Virus record (IMG/VR): IMGVR_UViG_3300045988_148502
DNA from: a virus
Length of the DNA stretch: 64,000 nucleotides
Reading direction: 5' to 3' (one strand)
The position numbers and the translations under genes were made by a program. Positions 1 to 8,936 of this stretch are shown piece by piece. The first letter of the stretch is position 1. Each line of letters opens with the position of its first letter. The notes under the pieces are model-generated. The model was not told where the DNA came from. It saw only the letters and a program-made list of their open reading frames with translations, and did not search any database.

Positions 1-5
1 AATAC

Positions 6-50
6 AATAGGCGGTAAGCCTTTGTAAATGAAAAGCATACCGCCTATTTT
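6..50 (+). terminator. Stem-loop followed by a T-run; candidate rho-independent terminator for a gene ending upstream of the window
   Basis: Inverted repeat AATAGGCGGTA (6-16) / TACCGCCTATT (38-48), followed by TTTTATT. Confidence 0.35.
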
Positions 51-332
51 ATTGAGTATCAGCTATATCGTGCTATTCCTCGATTGCAGCCTGCGCCGCT
101 GCCAAAATAAGATACTTTTCAATGAGTTATATAATACTTCTCAACAATATTCGTTTATTCAATTTCTTCGTATCTGTCTATTATGATTAATGTTTTCGTC
201 CATTTATCGAAGAACTCGCCGCTACCAGTCTTGATATATTACCCATTTAAGGCAAATAGATAAGCCACAATCAACACAAATACGAAAAACGATACTTTTA
301 TCATCTTAAAGGTTTGAACGCTTTAAAACGGA

Positions 333-671
333 TTATTTACGTTCGTTCACCTGTTTTGATTTAATCAATTCATTGTAGATTGTATGGGCAAACTCCCCTG
401 TGAAATATTCTGCCCAATTCTGATAAGTTAGGCAAATACCGGTTCGAGGGTCTTCATAATCCATGGTTTCCCATATATCTTCCAATTCTGCATAAACCTC
501 ATTGGGATTATTCCCAAGAGTGTCCACCACTTCTTCGGAATAACAGTTTACCAATGTATCTATCCAATCTCCACAATTATCACAACCATCTTTGTAGATA
601 GCATTGAATGCGGCTTTTTTCAATTCATCCATAAAAGGCTCTGTTTTACAATATGGGTACTCTCCGTTCAT
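333..671 (-). CDS. Hypothetical small acidic Cys-containing protein (112 aa); last gene of the repressor operon
   Basis: ORF overlaps the upstream gene by 4 nt (668-671). No motif recognised. Confidence 0.55.
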   Translation of the reverse strand: MNGEYPYCKTEPFMDELKKAAFNAIYKDGCDNCGDWIDTLVNCYSEEVVDTLGNNPNEVYAELEDIWETMDYEDPRTGICLTYQNWAEYFTGEFAHTIYNELIKSKQVNERK

Positions 672-1315
672 TGCTTTTCTAATGTGCCGATATTTTTATG
701 TTCAGGAGATAATTCTGTTAACCTACATTCGTTACCATCAAGCGCGGCTTCAAACATATAATCACTATTTGACAAAGTTATGCTTCTACCATTGCTTTTG
801 CAGGAGAATACTCCCTTGTAATTTTCTGTCTCTGTATCTTGTTTGGAATATTTTTCTCCAATTGGTTCAGTACGTATTAGTGTAAATTTTTGAAGTTTAC
901 AATATGGATATCCGTTGACCGTAATAGCATTTTCTGATACTTCAATCACTCCGTAAGTTCCCTGCTTAAAAACATATTTATATACATAAGTTGCCTCAAA
1001 CATTTTATCTGTTCTTTTTTCTGTTTTTATATACAGATCAGCTTCGGATTCTTGCATGATTAAGTCGTAAGTAGTTTCTGTCTTCACAGTGTAATCACCA
1101 GCTTCTATAGGCTCTCCTTTTCCTACTTCCACTTTTTCAAACTCAACATTATGCAATATGACATCAGAAAAAGAATCTTCCGGAGTAATAGCATCTATAG
1201 CCTCCATACTCAAAAATACACCCGAATAGCGTTCAGCGCCTTTCTCGTCATCTTCACTGCAAGCACATAACAGTAAAGAAGTAATAAGACATATTATTCC
1301 AACTATATATCTCAT
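668..1315 (-). CDS. Putative lipoprotein (215 aa)
   Basis: N-terminus MRYIVGIICLITSLLLCAC is a signal peptide with a lipobox-like Cys. Overlaps the upstream HTH gene by 4 nt. Confidence 0.65.
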   Translation of the reverse strand: MRYIVGIICLITSLLLCACSEDDEKGAERYSGVFLSMEAIDAITPEDSFSDVILHNVEFEKVEVGKGEPIEAGDYTVKTETTYDLIMQESEADLYIKTEKRTDKMFEATYVYKYVFKQGTYGVIEVSENAITVNGYPYCKLQKFTLIRTEPIGEKYSKQDTETENYKGVFSCKSNGRSITLSNSDYMFEAALDGNECRLTELSPEHKNIGTLEKQ

Positions 1316-1686
1316 TTTTTTCCCTCTACTAACTTTTCATAAACCTTAATCAACCTCTCCTTTTCAGCCAACAATTCTTCCAAATGCTTCACTCGTTCTA
1401 CAAGAATAGCATCTGTGCCTACAGACACGTTGCCCATCATCGAAGCAGGACTAAAATCGCCGTTTGTTTCAACTGTATTATTTGATAGTCTTGATACTTC
1501 ATCATCAAAAAAAATTCGTATGTCAGCTTTTAATAGAAAAGCAATCTTCTCTAAGTCTGCCGCTTGAATCTTATTGTTTCTAATGCATCTATGTAGATTT
1601 TGTTCGCTCATTCCAACATCAGCAGCAAGTTTCTTTAATCCACCACCTCTGTTTTCGCTCAATTTTCTAACAATTTCTAAATTCAT
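1312..1686 (-). CDS. HTH DNA-binding protein; candidate phage repressor (124 aa) with a C-terminal coiled-coil
   Basis: HTH-like segment LKKLAADVGMSEQNLHRCIRNNKIQAADLEKIA. Transcribed divergently from the long + strand early operon. Confidence 0.6.
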   Translation of the reverse strand: MNLEIVRKLSENRGGGLKKLAADVGMSEQNLHRCIRNNKIQAADLEKIAFLLKADIRIFFDDEVSRLSNNTVETNGDFSPASMMGNVSVGTDAILVERVKHLEELLAEKERLIKVYEKLVEGKK

Positions 1687-1704
1687 GATTTACAGGAACT
1701 TGAA

Positions 1705-1716
1705 TTAGTCAACTAA
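1705..1716. promoter_or_regulatory. Palindrome TTAGTCAACTAA; candidate operator in the divergent switch region
   Basis: TTAGT/ACTAA half-sites are also seen at about 1734 and 1779. Sits between the divergent genes. Confidence 0.25.
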
Positions 1717-1755
1717 TATTTAATTTCGCATACACTAAATTTTATGACGAAAATA

Positions 1756-1787
1756 TTTGTTCGCCACGAATAAATATATTAGTTTTG
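1756..1787 (+). promoter_or_regulatory. Candidate Bacteroidota-type promoter: -33 TTTG and -7 TAGTTTTG
   Basis: TTTG at 1756-1759 and TAnnTTTG match at 1780-1787, 20 nt apart, about 40 nt upstream of the ATG at 1828. Confidence 0.4.
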
Positions 1788-1827
1788 CACTATAAAGTTA
1801 AACAATAACCCATAAAAAACAAATAAA

Positions 1828-2019
1828 ATGGCAGAAAATCAAGTAAAAGTACGTCCAACTTTAACGGATTTGGAAGTAGGTAAAACGGTTACTTTCCCCA
1901 TTGAAAAGACTAAGAGCGTCCGTGCTCAGGCTTCCGATCTCGGACTTATCCTGAATCGTAAGTACCAGACAGAAACGGACCGAGAAAAGCGTATCATAAC
2001 AGTAATCAGAATATCGTAA
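1828..2019 (+). CDS. Hypothetical protein (63 aa); first gene of the early operon, in a Cro-like position
   Basis: ORF directly downstream of the candidate promoter and divergent from the repressor-like gene. Confidence 0.55.
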   Translation: MAENQVKVRPTLTDLEVGKTVTFPIEKTKSVRAQASDLGLILNRKYQTETDREKRIITVIRIS

Positions 2020-2031
2020 TTTGTAATCATC

Positions 2032-2229
2032 ATGAACAAATTTGTAAATATTTCACAACTGATACTATCCTGCATCATGCTTTTTGCGGTGGTTGTCAGC
2101 ATTGTGGCACATATCATACTTGGAAACATCGCATCGTTCATTGGCTATCTTGTATCAGCTGTATTCATCTTTCTCACATGGAAACTGGTACGTATATCAT
2201 GGATGGAGTTTCAAAATGAAAACAAATAA
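2032..2229 (+). CDS. Small membrane protein (65 aa, two hydrophobic segments)
   Basis: Hydrophobic stretches LILSCIMLFAVVVSIVAHIILG and FIGYLVSAVFIFLTW. Confidence 0.55.
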   Translation: MNKFVNISQLILSCIMLFAVVVSIVAHIILGNIASFIGYLVSAVFIFLTWKLVRISWMEFQNENK

Positions 2230-2461
2230 CCTCTTAACTTACAATATCATGTCTATCAATTTCAAAAAATTAAATTCTCAAATCAAGCCTCTTAAACCGG
2301 AAGCAAGACACGTGGGCTACATCTTTATTGCTACAGACAAGCAAAAGAGAGAAAGTCTGGTTGACTCTATTGCCAAGCCCGGTTCTAAACGTTCCCTAAT
2401 AAAAGTGCTTACATATTTCATTAAAACCGATGAAAATTATCGTGCAGAGTATTCACTTTAA
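2216..2461 (+). CDS. Hypothetical protein (81 aa from the internal ATG)
   Basis: The ORF track gives 2084..2461. The ATG at 2216 (MKTNN...) removes most of the overlap with the preceding gene. Confidence 0.45.
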   Translation: MKTNNLLTYNIMSINFKKLNSQIKPLKPEARHVGYIFIATDKQKRESLVDSIAKPGSKRSLIKVLTYFIKTDENYRAEYSL

Positions 2462-2472
2462 TCCGTAATCCT

Positions 2473-2742
2473 ATGCTCACTATTGATTTTCCCGATAAAT
2501 CCGTTACTTATGACACTTTCGTCCGCGATGTAGCGTCCTCTGTAGTCCGTATGCTTGCCGATACACACAATGATCCCGAAATGGTCAGCCAGCGAAAAGC
2601 ATACGCTATGTTTGGGCGTGGCAATGTGGATAGATGGCGCAAGCAGGGTAAAATAACCCCCTGCAAGCGTCCGGGCAAAGTTGAATACCGCACAATCGAA
2701 CTGCGTACACTACAAAGGTTACAACAAGACTATTTCAAATGA
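2473..2742 (+). CDS. Small DNA-binding protein, excisionase/HTH-like (89 aa)
   Basis: Segment SQRKAYAMFGRGNVDRWRKQGKITPCKRPGKVEYR resembles excisionase-type winged-HTH proteins. Motif-level recall only. Confidence 0.45.
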   Translation: MLTIDFPDKSVTYDTFVRDVASSVVRMLADTHNDPEMVSQRKAYAMFGRGNVDRWRKQGKITPCKRPGKVEYRTIELRTLQRLQQDYFK

Positions 2743-2745
2743 TAA

Positions 2746-2832
2746 GGGAGGATAGCTCAGCGGATAGAGCGGCGGTACGTACCCAAATGGCCAAGATGCA
2801 GCAGGACACAGGTTCAAATCCTGTTCCTCCCA
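2746..2832 (+). tRNA. tRNA-like gene (87 nt) with canonical acceptor, D and T arms but an expanded anticodon region; isotype undetermined
   Basis: Acceptor GGGAGGA/TCCTCCC. D arm GCTC-AGCGGATA-GAGC. T arm ACAGG-TTCAAAT-CCTGT. Discriminator A followed by a T-run. 37 nt lie between the D and T arms instead of about 22. Confidence 0.5.
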
Positions 2833-2862
2833 CTATTTTTTCACTATTAAAAATCAAAGTAG

Positions 2863-4833
2863 ATGAAAGCAATTCAGCTAAAATCAATCACGCTTCGCAA
2901 CTGGCGTGGAGAAAAAGAAAGGACAACACAGTTCCATACAGATGGCACTGTTACACGTATCTGTGGTCGTAACGGTCTCGGCAAGTCCAGGCACATGGAT
3001 GCGTTCTGTTGGCTGCTTTTCGGCAAGGACAGCAAAGACCGTAAAGACTTCAACTTGCGCACCACAGACGAAAAGGGCAATCCCCTACAGCATTGTGAAT
3101 GCTCCGTAGAGGGAACATTAGTCGTTGATGGAACGGAAATTACCATCAAACGAGAGTATAAGGAGCAATGGGTCAAACCTCGTGGACAAGTAGAGGAAGT
3201 GTTCAAGGGGAATGTCACCGAATGCACATGGGACGGCGTACCTGTTCGTGTCAATGAGTATAAGGAACGTATAAATGCCGAAATCATTGATGAGAACCTT
3301 TTCAAGATGCTAACCAATACCGAGTATTTCCTATCGTTAAAACAAGATGTTCAACGTGAAGTGTTAATGTCCATTGCCGGAGCCAAAACAGACAACGAAT
3401 TGGCGCAGGGAAATGCAGAATTTACCGCTCTCGTAGACATGTTGAGTGGCAAATCATTGGCGGATTATCGTCGGCAGATTGCCGCAGAGAAAAAACGTCT
3501 AAAAATGCAAGCGGATGAAATCAAGCCACGTATCGACCAAACGGACAAGATGAAACCAGAAGCCGAGGATTGGAACTCATTGGAAGAAATGCTCACCGAC
3601 AAAAAGAAAGAGCTGGAAGAAATAAACGAACTTCTGCATTCTGAAGATGCTCGCAAGCAATCTGCCATCGATAAAAAAGCTGCGCTGAACCGTGAAAAAC
3701 GGCAAATCGAACAGCAACAGAAGGATATTCTTGCCGCAGAAAGGAGAAGTCGTCAGGAGGAAGCCGATAAGCAGAACGAAACACGTAATGAAATCGAGAA
3801 AGAGTTGAAGAATATTCATTCCGAACGATCGGATTGCAATATAGACATTACCCGTGCAAAAGAACGCATCAAGTATTTGAACGAAGAAATAACTAGAACA
3901 ACAAGCAGACTTGAAGAATTACGTTCCGAATGGGCATCCATTCGTGCCACACAGTACACCGGTGATAATATCTGTCCTCATTGCGGCCAGCCTTTACCCG
4001 ACAATATGATACAAGACGTTCTCCAAAAGTTTGAAGAATATAAACAAAACAGGCTCAAAGAGAATCAATCACGTGGAAAATCCCTGTCGACACAAGTCGA
4101 ATCATACCGAGAGGAATTAAACAGGCGTAATGAAGAACTTGTAGAGCATTCCAAAAAGATTACTGCCATTGACGAATGTATTGCAGGGCTGTATGATCGT
4201 CTGAAATCCACCCCGAAAGCAGCACCGTCCGCCATCAACGAAAACGAGCTGCCTGCGTATGCAGCAAACCTAAAACGTTTGGATGAGATAGAAAAAGAAA
4301 TAGCAAATATCACATATACTCAGACAGATACCGAACTGTCCGAACGTGCCGAGTTGGTGAAATCTGCTATTAAGAACTTGGAAATCCAACTAAACAACCG
4401 TACCATTATCGCCAACTATGATAAAGAAATAGAGCGTCTTGAAAAGGAAGGTCGTGAACTCGCACAGAAGATAGCCGACATAGAGAAACGTGAATATATA
4501 GCTGCTAAGTTTGCCAAAGCTCGCATTGATGATTGTGAGAGCCGTTTGAACTCGCTGTTTGGCATGGTACACTGGAAACTTTTCGATACCACTCTTGACG
4601 GAAACGAATACGAAGTATGTATCCCTATAATTGATGGTGTGTCCTATGGTACGTGCAATACAGCAAAGCAAGTGAACGCAGGTATTGACATCACCAACAC
4701 ATTGGCAAGGCATTACGAAGTCTATGCTCCAATGTTCATTGACCGTGCCGAAAGCGTGAATACATTCATTGCTTCCAACGCACAAATGATATTCTTGCAG
4801 GTTACAACAGACAGTCAACTAACAGTAAAATAA
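2863..4833 (+). CDS. AAA/SMC-like ATPase (SbcC/RecF-like recombination ATPase, 656 aa)
   Basis: N-terminal Walker A GRNGLGKS, a long central coiled-coil, and a C-terminal ABC-type signature region. First gene of a recombination module. Confidence 0.8.
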   Translation: MKAIQLKSITLRNWRGEKERTTQFHTDGTVTRICGRNGLGKSRHMDAFCWLLFGKDSKDRKDFNLRTTDEKGNPLQHCECSVEGTLVVDGTEITIKREYKEQWVKPRGQVEEVFKGNVTECTWDGVPVRVNEYKERINAEIIDENLFKMLTNTEYFLSLKQDVQREVLMSIAGAKTDNELAQGNAEFTALVDMLSGKSLADYRRQIAAEKKRLKMQADEIKPRIDQTDKMKPEAEDWNSLEEMLTDKKKELEEINELLHSEDARKQSAIDKKAALNREKRQIEQQQKDILAAERRSRQEEADKQNETRNEIEKELKNIHSERSDCNIDITRAKERIKYLNEEITRTTSRLEELRSEWASIRATQYTGDNICPHCGQPLPDNMIQDVLQKFEEYKQNRLKENQSRGKSLSTQVESYREELNRRNEELVEHSKKITAIDECIAGLYDRLKSTPKAAPSAINENELPAYAANLKRLDEIEKEIANITYTQTDTELSERAELVKSAIKNLEIQLNNRTIIANYDKEIERLEKEGRELAQKIADIEKREYIAAKFAKARIDDCESRLNSLFGMVHWKLFDTTLDGNEYEVCIPIIDGVSYGTCNTAKQVNAGIDITNTLARHYEVYAPMFIDRAESVNTFIASNAQMIFLQVTTDSQLTVK

Positions 4834-4860
4834 ATAGTTAAATCTTTAATTATTAGAATT

Positions 4861-5751
4861 ATGAACGAAAGACAAATCACACCGGTTACACATCAAAGTA
4901 ACGTTCCTGTTGGCATCAACTTCTTTGACCCGACAACCATTGAAACGCTCAACCGTTTCTCCACCATGTTTGCCAATTCCAGTCTTGTACCCGAAAGTTA
5001 CCGCATTGGCGGTGTTGTTGGCGGTAAGACCGGAGAAGGACCTAAAAAAACGGTCTCTGAAGCCGAAGCAGTAGCCAACTGCGTAATCGCATTCGATGTG
5101 GCCACACGCATTGGCGCATCCCCTCTTATGGTAATGCAGAACTTGTACATTGTATATGGTCGCCCATCTTGGTCGTCCAAGTTCCTAATTGCCACTATCA
5201 ATACTTGTGGACGCTTTGAACCACTGAAGTTTGAATTGACATCAAATGGAGTTTGCAATAACGGTGTGGCAAATGTCAAGTGTGTGGCATGGACTACTCC
5301 TAAAGGTGTTACGCATGATGAGAACGGAAAACCGGTTACATCAAAATCACCACTTGCCTTACGTGGTACAGCCGTTACCATACAAATGGCGATTGATGAG
5401 GGTTGGTATAGCAAAAACGGCAGCAAGTGGCGTACTATGCCCGAACAGATGTTACGTTACCGTGCCGCCTCGTTCTGGTGCTCTACATACTCACCGGAAC
5501 TGTCAATGGGTATGCGTACCGTTGAAGAAAATGTAGAGGACGCCGATTATGTCGATGTTACAGAACAGGTTGCGAAAGAAATTTCCACGCAAGCCAACAA
5601 AGGCACTATCAGTTTTGATGATGCAGTAGCTCCGGTTTCCAACGAAGTTCCGGCAGGTGTTGACCCTGAAACAGGAGAAATTAAAGAGCCCCAAGGTGAA
5701 ACAAGTACCGAAAACCAAGCCTCAACCGAGGATGATGGACCGGGCTATTAA
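4861..5751 (+). CDS. RecT-like single-strand annealing protein (296 aa)
   Basis: Lies between the SbcC-like ATPase and the MBL hydrolase. Segment SPLMVMQNLYIVYGRPSWSSKFLIA resembles the RecT family. Acidic C-terminal tail. Confidence 0.5.
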   Translation: MNERQITPVTHQSNVPVGINFFDPTTIETLNRFSTMFANSSLVPESYRIGGVVGGKTGEGPKKTVSEAEAVANCVIAFDVATRIGASPLMVMQNLYIVYGRPSWSSKFLIATINTCGRFEPLKFELTSNGVCNNGVANVKCVAWTTPKGVTHDENGKPVTSKSPLALRGTAVTIQMAIDEGWYSKNGSKWRTMPEQMLRYRAASFWCSTYSPELSMGMRTVEENVEDADYVDVTEQVAKEISTQANKGTISFDDAVAPVSNEVPAGVDPETGEIKEPQGETSTENQASTEDDGPGY

Positions 5752-5762
5752 TCCTATTTGAA

Positions 5763-6512
5763 ATGAAACTTCATGTGTTAGGTTCTTCATCATCAGGCAA
5801 CTGTTACCTCTTCCAGTCTGAAAAGACTGGTGAGGTACTTGCAGTGGAAGCCGGAGTTAAGTTCAACAAAGTAAAAAAAGTTCTTGACTTCAATCTAAAC
5901 AGCATTGTTGGTTGTATCGTCAGCCATGAGCATGGCGACCATGCCAAATGTGTGGGCGATTTTATAAACGCCTGCATACCTTGCTATATGAGTCAAGGCA
6001 CAAAACATGCGCTTGGTTTCTCTTCCAGCTATTGGGCAAAAGGGCTGTTGCCATTCGAACAAGTTGTGATAAATGGATTTAGAGTGATACCGTTCCCTGT
6101 ACAACATGATGCTGCGGAACCTTACGGATACCTCATCCGTCATGAAGAGTGCGGAACAGTGCTGTTTGCCACAGACACCTATTTCCTAAAATACAAATTT
6201 CCCGGTCTTAACAATGTAATGTTGGAGTGCAATTATAGCAAGGAAATTCTTGATGCAAATTTCACTGCCGGGCGCATTGACAAGAAACGCTACGAACGCA
6301 CCATTAAGTCGCACATGTCCTATGATAACTGTCTCCTCACATTGCAAGCCAATGACCTGTCTCAAGTATGCAACATTCTACTCCTGCATCTGTCCGACAA
6401 TAACAGCAATGCTACGGAGTTTATCCATGGAATAGAAAGATTATATCCAGAGATAGAAATAACAGCCGCTACAAATGGGCTTTCGTTAACATTTAACAAG
6501 AATCCCTATTAG
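5763..6512 (+). CDS. MBL-fold metallo-hydrolase (249 aa)
   Basis: HxHxDH motif SHEHGDH. N-terminus MKLHVLGSSSSGNCY is typical of the beta-lactamase fold. Confidence 0.85.
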   Translation: MKLHVLGSSSSGNCYLFQSEKTGEVLAVEAGVKFNKVKKVLDFNLNSIVGCIVSHEHGDHAKCVGDFINACIPCYMSQGTKHALGFSSSYWAKGLLPFEQVVINGFRVIPFPVQHDAAEPYGYLIRHEECGTVLFATDTYFLKYKFPGLNNVMLECNYSKEILDANFTAGRIDKKRYERTIKSHMSYDNCLLTLQANDLSQVCNILLLHLSDNNSNATEFIHGIERLYPEIEITAATNGLSLTFNKNPY

Positions 6513-6563
6513 CATTTGTGATTATGAGGAAAAATAATAGTAACCAGTAAATAAAGAAGTAAT

Positions 6564-6743
6564 ATGAGAATCTATTTTGATATAATATTTATTGTTTTGA
6601 ATATCATCATTTTTGCTGTTAACTTTCATTTTGCTTTAGAATCCAAATCCTCTAAAGCATATACGTATGCCATTTTAGGAATGAGTTTTGCCATTGCAGC
6701 CATCGTCCTACTTCTATCTGCGGATTTAAATCAAGAATCATAA
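6564..6743 (+). CDS. Possible small membrane protein (59 aa, below the ORF-track cutoff)
   Basis: Hand-translated as MRIYFDIIFIVLNIIIFAVNF...AILGMSFAIAAIVLLLSADLNQES, with two hydrophobic segments. Fills an otherwise empty gap. Confidence 0.3.
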   Translation: MRIYFDIIFIVLNIIIFAVNFHFALESKSSKAYTYAILGMSFAIAAIVLLLSADLNQES

Positions 6744-6831
6744 TGAAAAAATCAGTTGAAAATACTCAATACAAAACTGAGAATTGTAGACCAAACAATA
6801 GTGATCTATCATTTTAATAAAAATAAAAACA

Positions 6832-7107
6832 ATGAGAAAAATTGAGATCGTTGAACATGTTATCAACAATACGACTATTAGTCGCTCACAGGCTATTCAA
6901 GCCGTAGATTGTGCTTTTGATGCTATTGAGAAAGCACTTTGTAAAGGTGAAAGTGTCTATATACGTGGTTTTGGCACTATCAAGACTTATATCACAAAAG
7001 AAAGGAAAGCCCGTAATATCTACAAGAGAACAACGGTAATCATTCCGGCAAGACGAACAGTAAAACTTGTAGTCAGTAAACAACTCAAAGAAAAAATGAA
7101 CTCATGA
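6832..7107 (+). CDS. hup: HU/IHF-family DNA-binding protein (91 aa)
   Basis: Typical HU pattern: ...AIEKALCKGESVYIRGFGTIKTYITKERKARN...PARRTVKL. Confidence 0.85.
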   Translation: MRKIEIVEHVINNTTISRSQAIQAVDCAFDAIEKALCKGESVYIRGFGTIKTYITKERKARNIYKRTTVIIPARRTVKLVVSKQLKEKMNS

Positions 7108-7721
7108 TGCACACGTGGTTTGAATGTAAAATCCGTTATGAAAAGACAATGGAAAATGGCATGAACAAAAAAGTAACAGAACCCTATCTGGTTGACGCGC
7201 TCAGCTTCACGGAAGCGGAAGCACGCATCATTGAAGAAATGACACCCTTTATTTCCGGTGAGTTTACAGTTTCCGACATTAAACGTGCCAACTATAGCGA
7301 GCTCTTTCCCTGTGAGGAAGACAGTGCCGACCGCTGGTTCAAGTGCAAGCTGTATTTCATTACCTCAGATGAAAAAAGTGGAGCAGAAAAAAAGACGGCT
7401 ACCAACGTACTGGTACAAGCAGCCGACTTGCGTGATGCAGTAAATAAACTGGATGAGGGTATGAAAGGCACAATGGCCGACTACCAAATTGCATCGGTAG
7501 CGGAAACTGCCATTATGGACGTCTATCCATATGCCGCAGATGAGTCCATTACGGATACCATCAGTGAAAATGCCAATTCGCCTGTTGTACGAAATTTCAT
7601 ACAATCTCTCCCCGAAGGTTGCAGGACAACGATAACCGTTGGTGGGAAAAAAGTTGTAGTAGACAAGACCGGAAAAGACACCATTGTTACACCCGAAAAG
7701 CAAAGCGACAATGACACTTGA
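7104..7721 (+). CDS. DUF4494-like protein (205 aa)
   Basis: N-terminus MHTWFECKIRYEKTMENG...EPYLVDALSFTEAEARI recalls the Bacteroidota DUF4494 family. ATGA overlap with the HU gene. Confidence 0.55.
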   Translation: MMHTWFECKIRYEKTMENGMNKKVTEPYLVDALSFTEAEARIIEEMTPFISGEFTVSDIKRANYSELFPCEEDSADRWFKCKLYFITSDEKSGAEKKTATNVLVQAADLRDAVNKLDEGMKGTMADYQIASVAETAIMDVYPYAADESITDTISENANSPVVRNFIQSLPEGCRTTITVGGKKVVVDKTGKDTIVTPEKQSDNDT

Positions 7722-8124
7722 GGAAATGCTTCAAATGGAAAGGAAACGAAAAAAGAAGCAAAAATATGACGATGAGGAACATCGCATACAATGCTCTTGC
7801 GTAAAGTGGTTCAATTTGAAGTATCCGAAGTTAAAAGGCCGGTTGTTTGCTGTGCCGAACGGAGGAAGACGTGATACTGTTACAGGTGGCAAATTGAAAG
7901 CTGAGGGCGTAACAGCCGGTGTATCCGATTTGATTCTGTTGAAAAGCAATCGTGATTATGGTGCGCTGCTCATTGAAATGAAAAAGAAAGGCGGCTATCA
8001 ATCTCCATCACAAAAAGAATGGCAAAAGATAATATGTGAAAACGGAGAATACAAATATGTTCTGTGCTTTTCGCTAGATGATTTCATTCGTGAAGTGGAT
8101 GATTATTTGAGAAATGAATTTTAA
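7711..8124 (+). CDS. VRR-NUC domain nuclease (about 137 aa)
   Basis: Motifs FAVPNGG, GVSDLILL and LLIEMKKKGG match the PD-(D/E)xK VRR-NUC pattern. The ORF track start at 7684 is an alternative. Confidence 0.75.
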   Translation: MTLEEMLQMERKRKKKQKYDDEEHRIQCSCVKWFNLKYPKLKGRLFAVPNGGRRDTVTGGKLKAEGVTAGVSDLILLKSNRDYGALLIEMKKKGGYQSPSQKEWQKIICENGEYKYVLCFSLDDFIREVDDYLRNEF

Positions 8125-8135
8125 AAAAGTCAGAT

Positions 8136-8936
8136 ATGGCACGAACTTTTAAAAAAGGTCTTGACTATTTCCCTCTGGATATAGATATATTTAACGACCT
8201 TAAAATAAGAAAACTAATCAAGTATCAAGGTGGAAAAGCTATAACGGTATATGCTCTGCTGCTCTGCAATATCTACAAGAGTGGGTATTATATGAAGTGG
8301 GATAAAGAGTTGCCTTTCATTTGCTCGGAGCTTACGGGATTTGAGGAGGCATATATATCAGAAGTAATCAAAACCTGCCTGACACTGGGGTTGTTTTCAA
8401 AAGAATTGTTTGACGCTGAAAAAGTATTGACTTCTAAAGGTATTCAGGAAAGGTATAGTCGTATATGCGTACAGTGCCGTCGTGTTTGCTATATTGGGGA
8501 TTATAACCTAATCGAGAAAAGAAAGCCCAAACAAACTGAAAAACTGCCACGAAAGAATGACAATCCACAAACGATACAAGGTAGTACAACAGTGCAAAAC
8601 GAACTGCAATACGAGCCTTACTCCATGACTATCGATGAAGAAATTGCCGAACTGAAAAAAGACGAGTGTTGGCTTGACCAATTACAAGTGCTTCATGCAA
8701 CGAATATTTCCTCTTTGCGCAGCAGTCTTGACGACTTCCGGGTGCAATGCCTGGCAGACGGGAAAGACCGGCATTCTTCCTTACAGGATGCCAAACAGCA
8801 CTTCAACGCATGGTTGAGAATTGTAAATGATAAAAATAAAAGAAAAGATGATAAAGTTAGACCCGAAAGCAGAAATCAACGCAGAGGTAATCTTCTCAAA
8901 TCTGATGAAGAGAAAACATATGGTAACTCGTTTTAG
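8136..8936 (+). CDS. Replication initiator / replisome organiser (DUF4373-like N-terminus, 266 aa)
   Basis: N-terminus FKKGLDYFPLDIDIFNDLKIRKLIKYQGG is typical of the Lin1244/DUF4373 phage replication proteins. Lies upstream of the helicase loader. Confidence 0.6.
   Translation: MARTFKKGLDYFPLDIDIFNDLKIRKLIKYQGGKAITVYALLLCNIYKSGYYMKWDKELPFICSELTGFEEAYISEVIKTCLTLGLFSKELFDAEKVLTSKGIQERYSRICVQCRRVCYIGDYNLIEKRKPKQTEKLPRKNDNPQTIQGSTTVQNELQYEPYSMTIDEEIAELKKDECWLDQLQVLHATNISSLRSSLDDFRVQCLADGKDRHSSLQDAKQHFNAWLRIVNDKNKRKDDKVRPESRNQRRGNLLKSDEEKTYGNSF

Noticed and set aside
604-885. 93-aa + strand ORF overlapping the ends of two - strand genes
   Set aside because: It is antisense to the coupled lipoprotein and small-protein genes, with implausible composition and no upstream promoter-like motif.
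2739-2972. 77-aa ORF spanning the tRNA-like gene and the start of the ATPase gene
   Set aside because: It overlaps a structured RNA gene and the N-terminus of a well-supported ATPase in another frame, and its sequence has no protein-like features.
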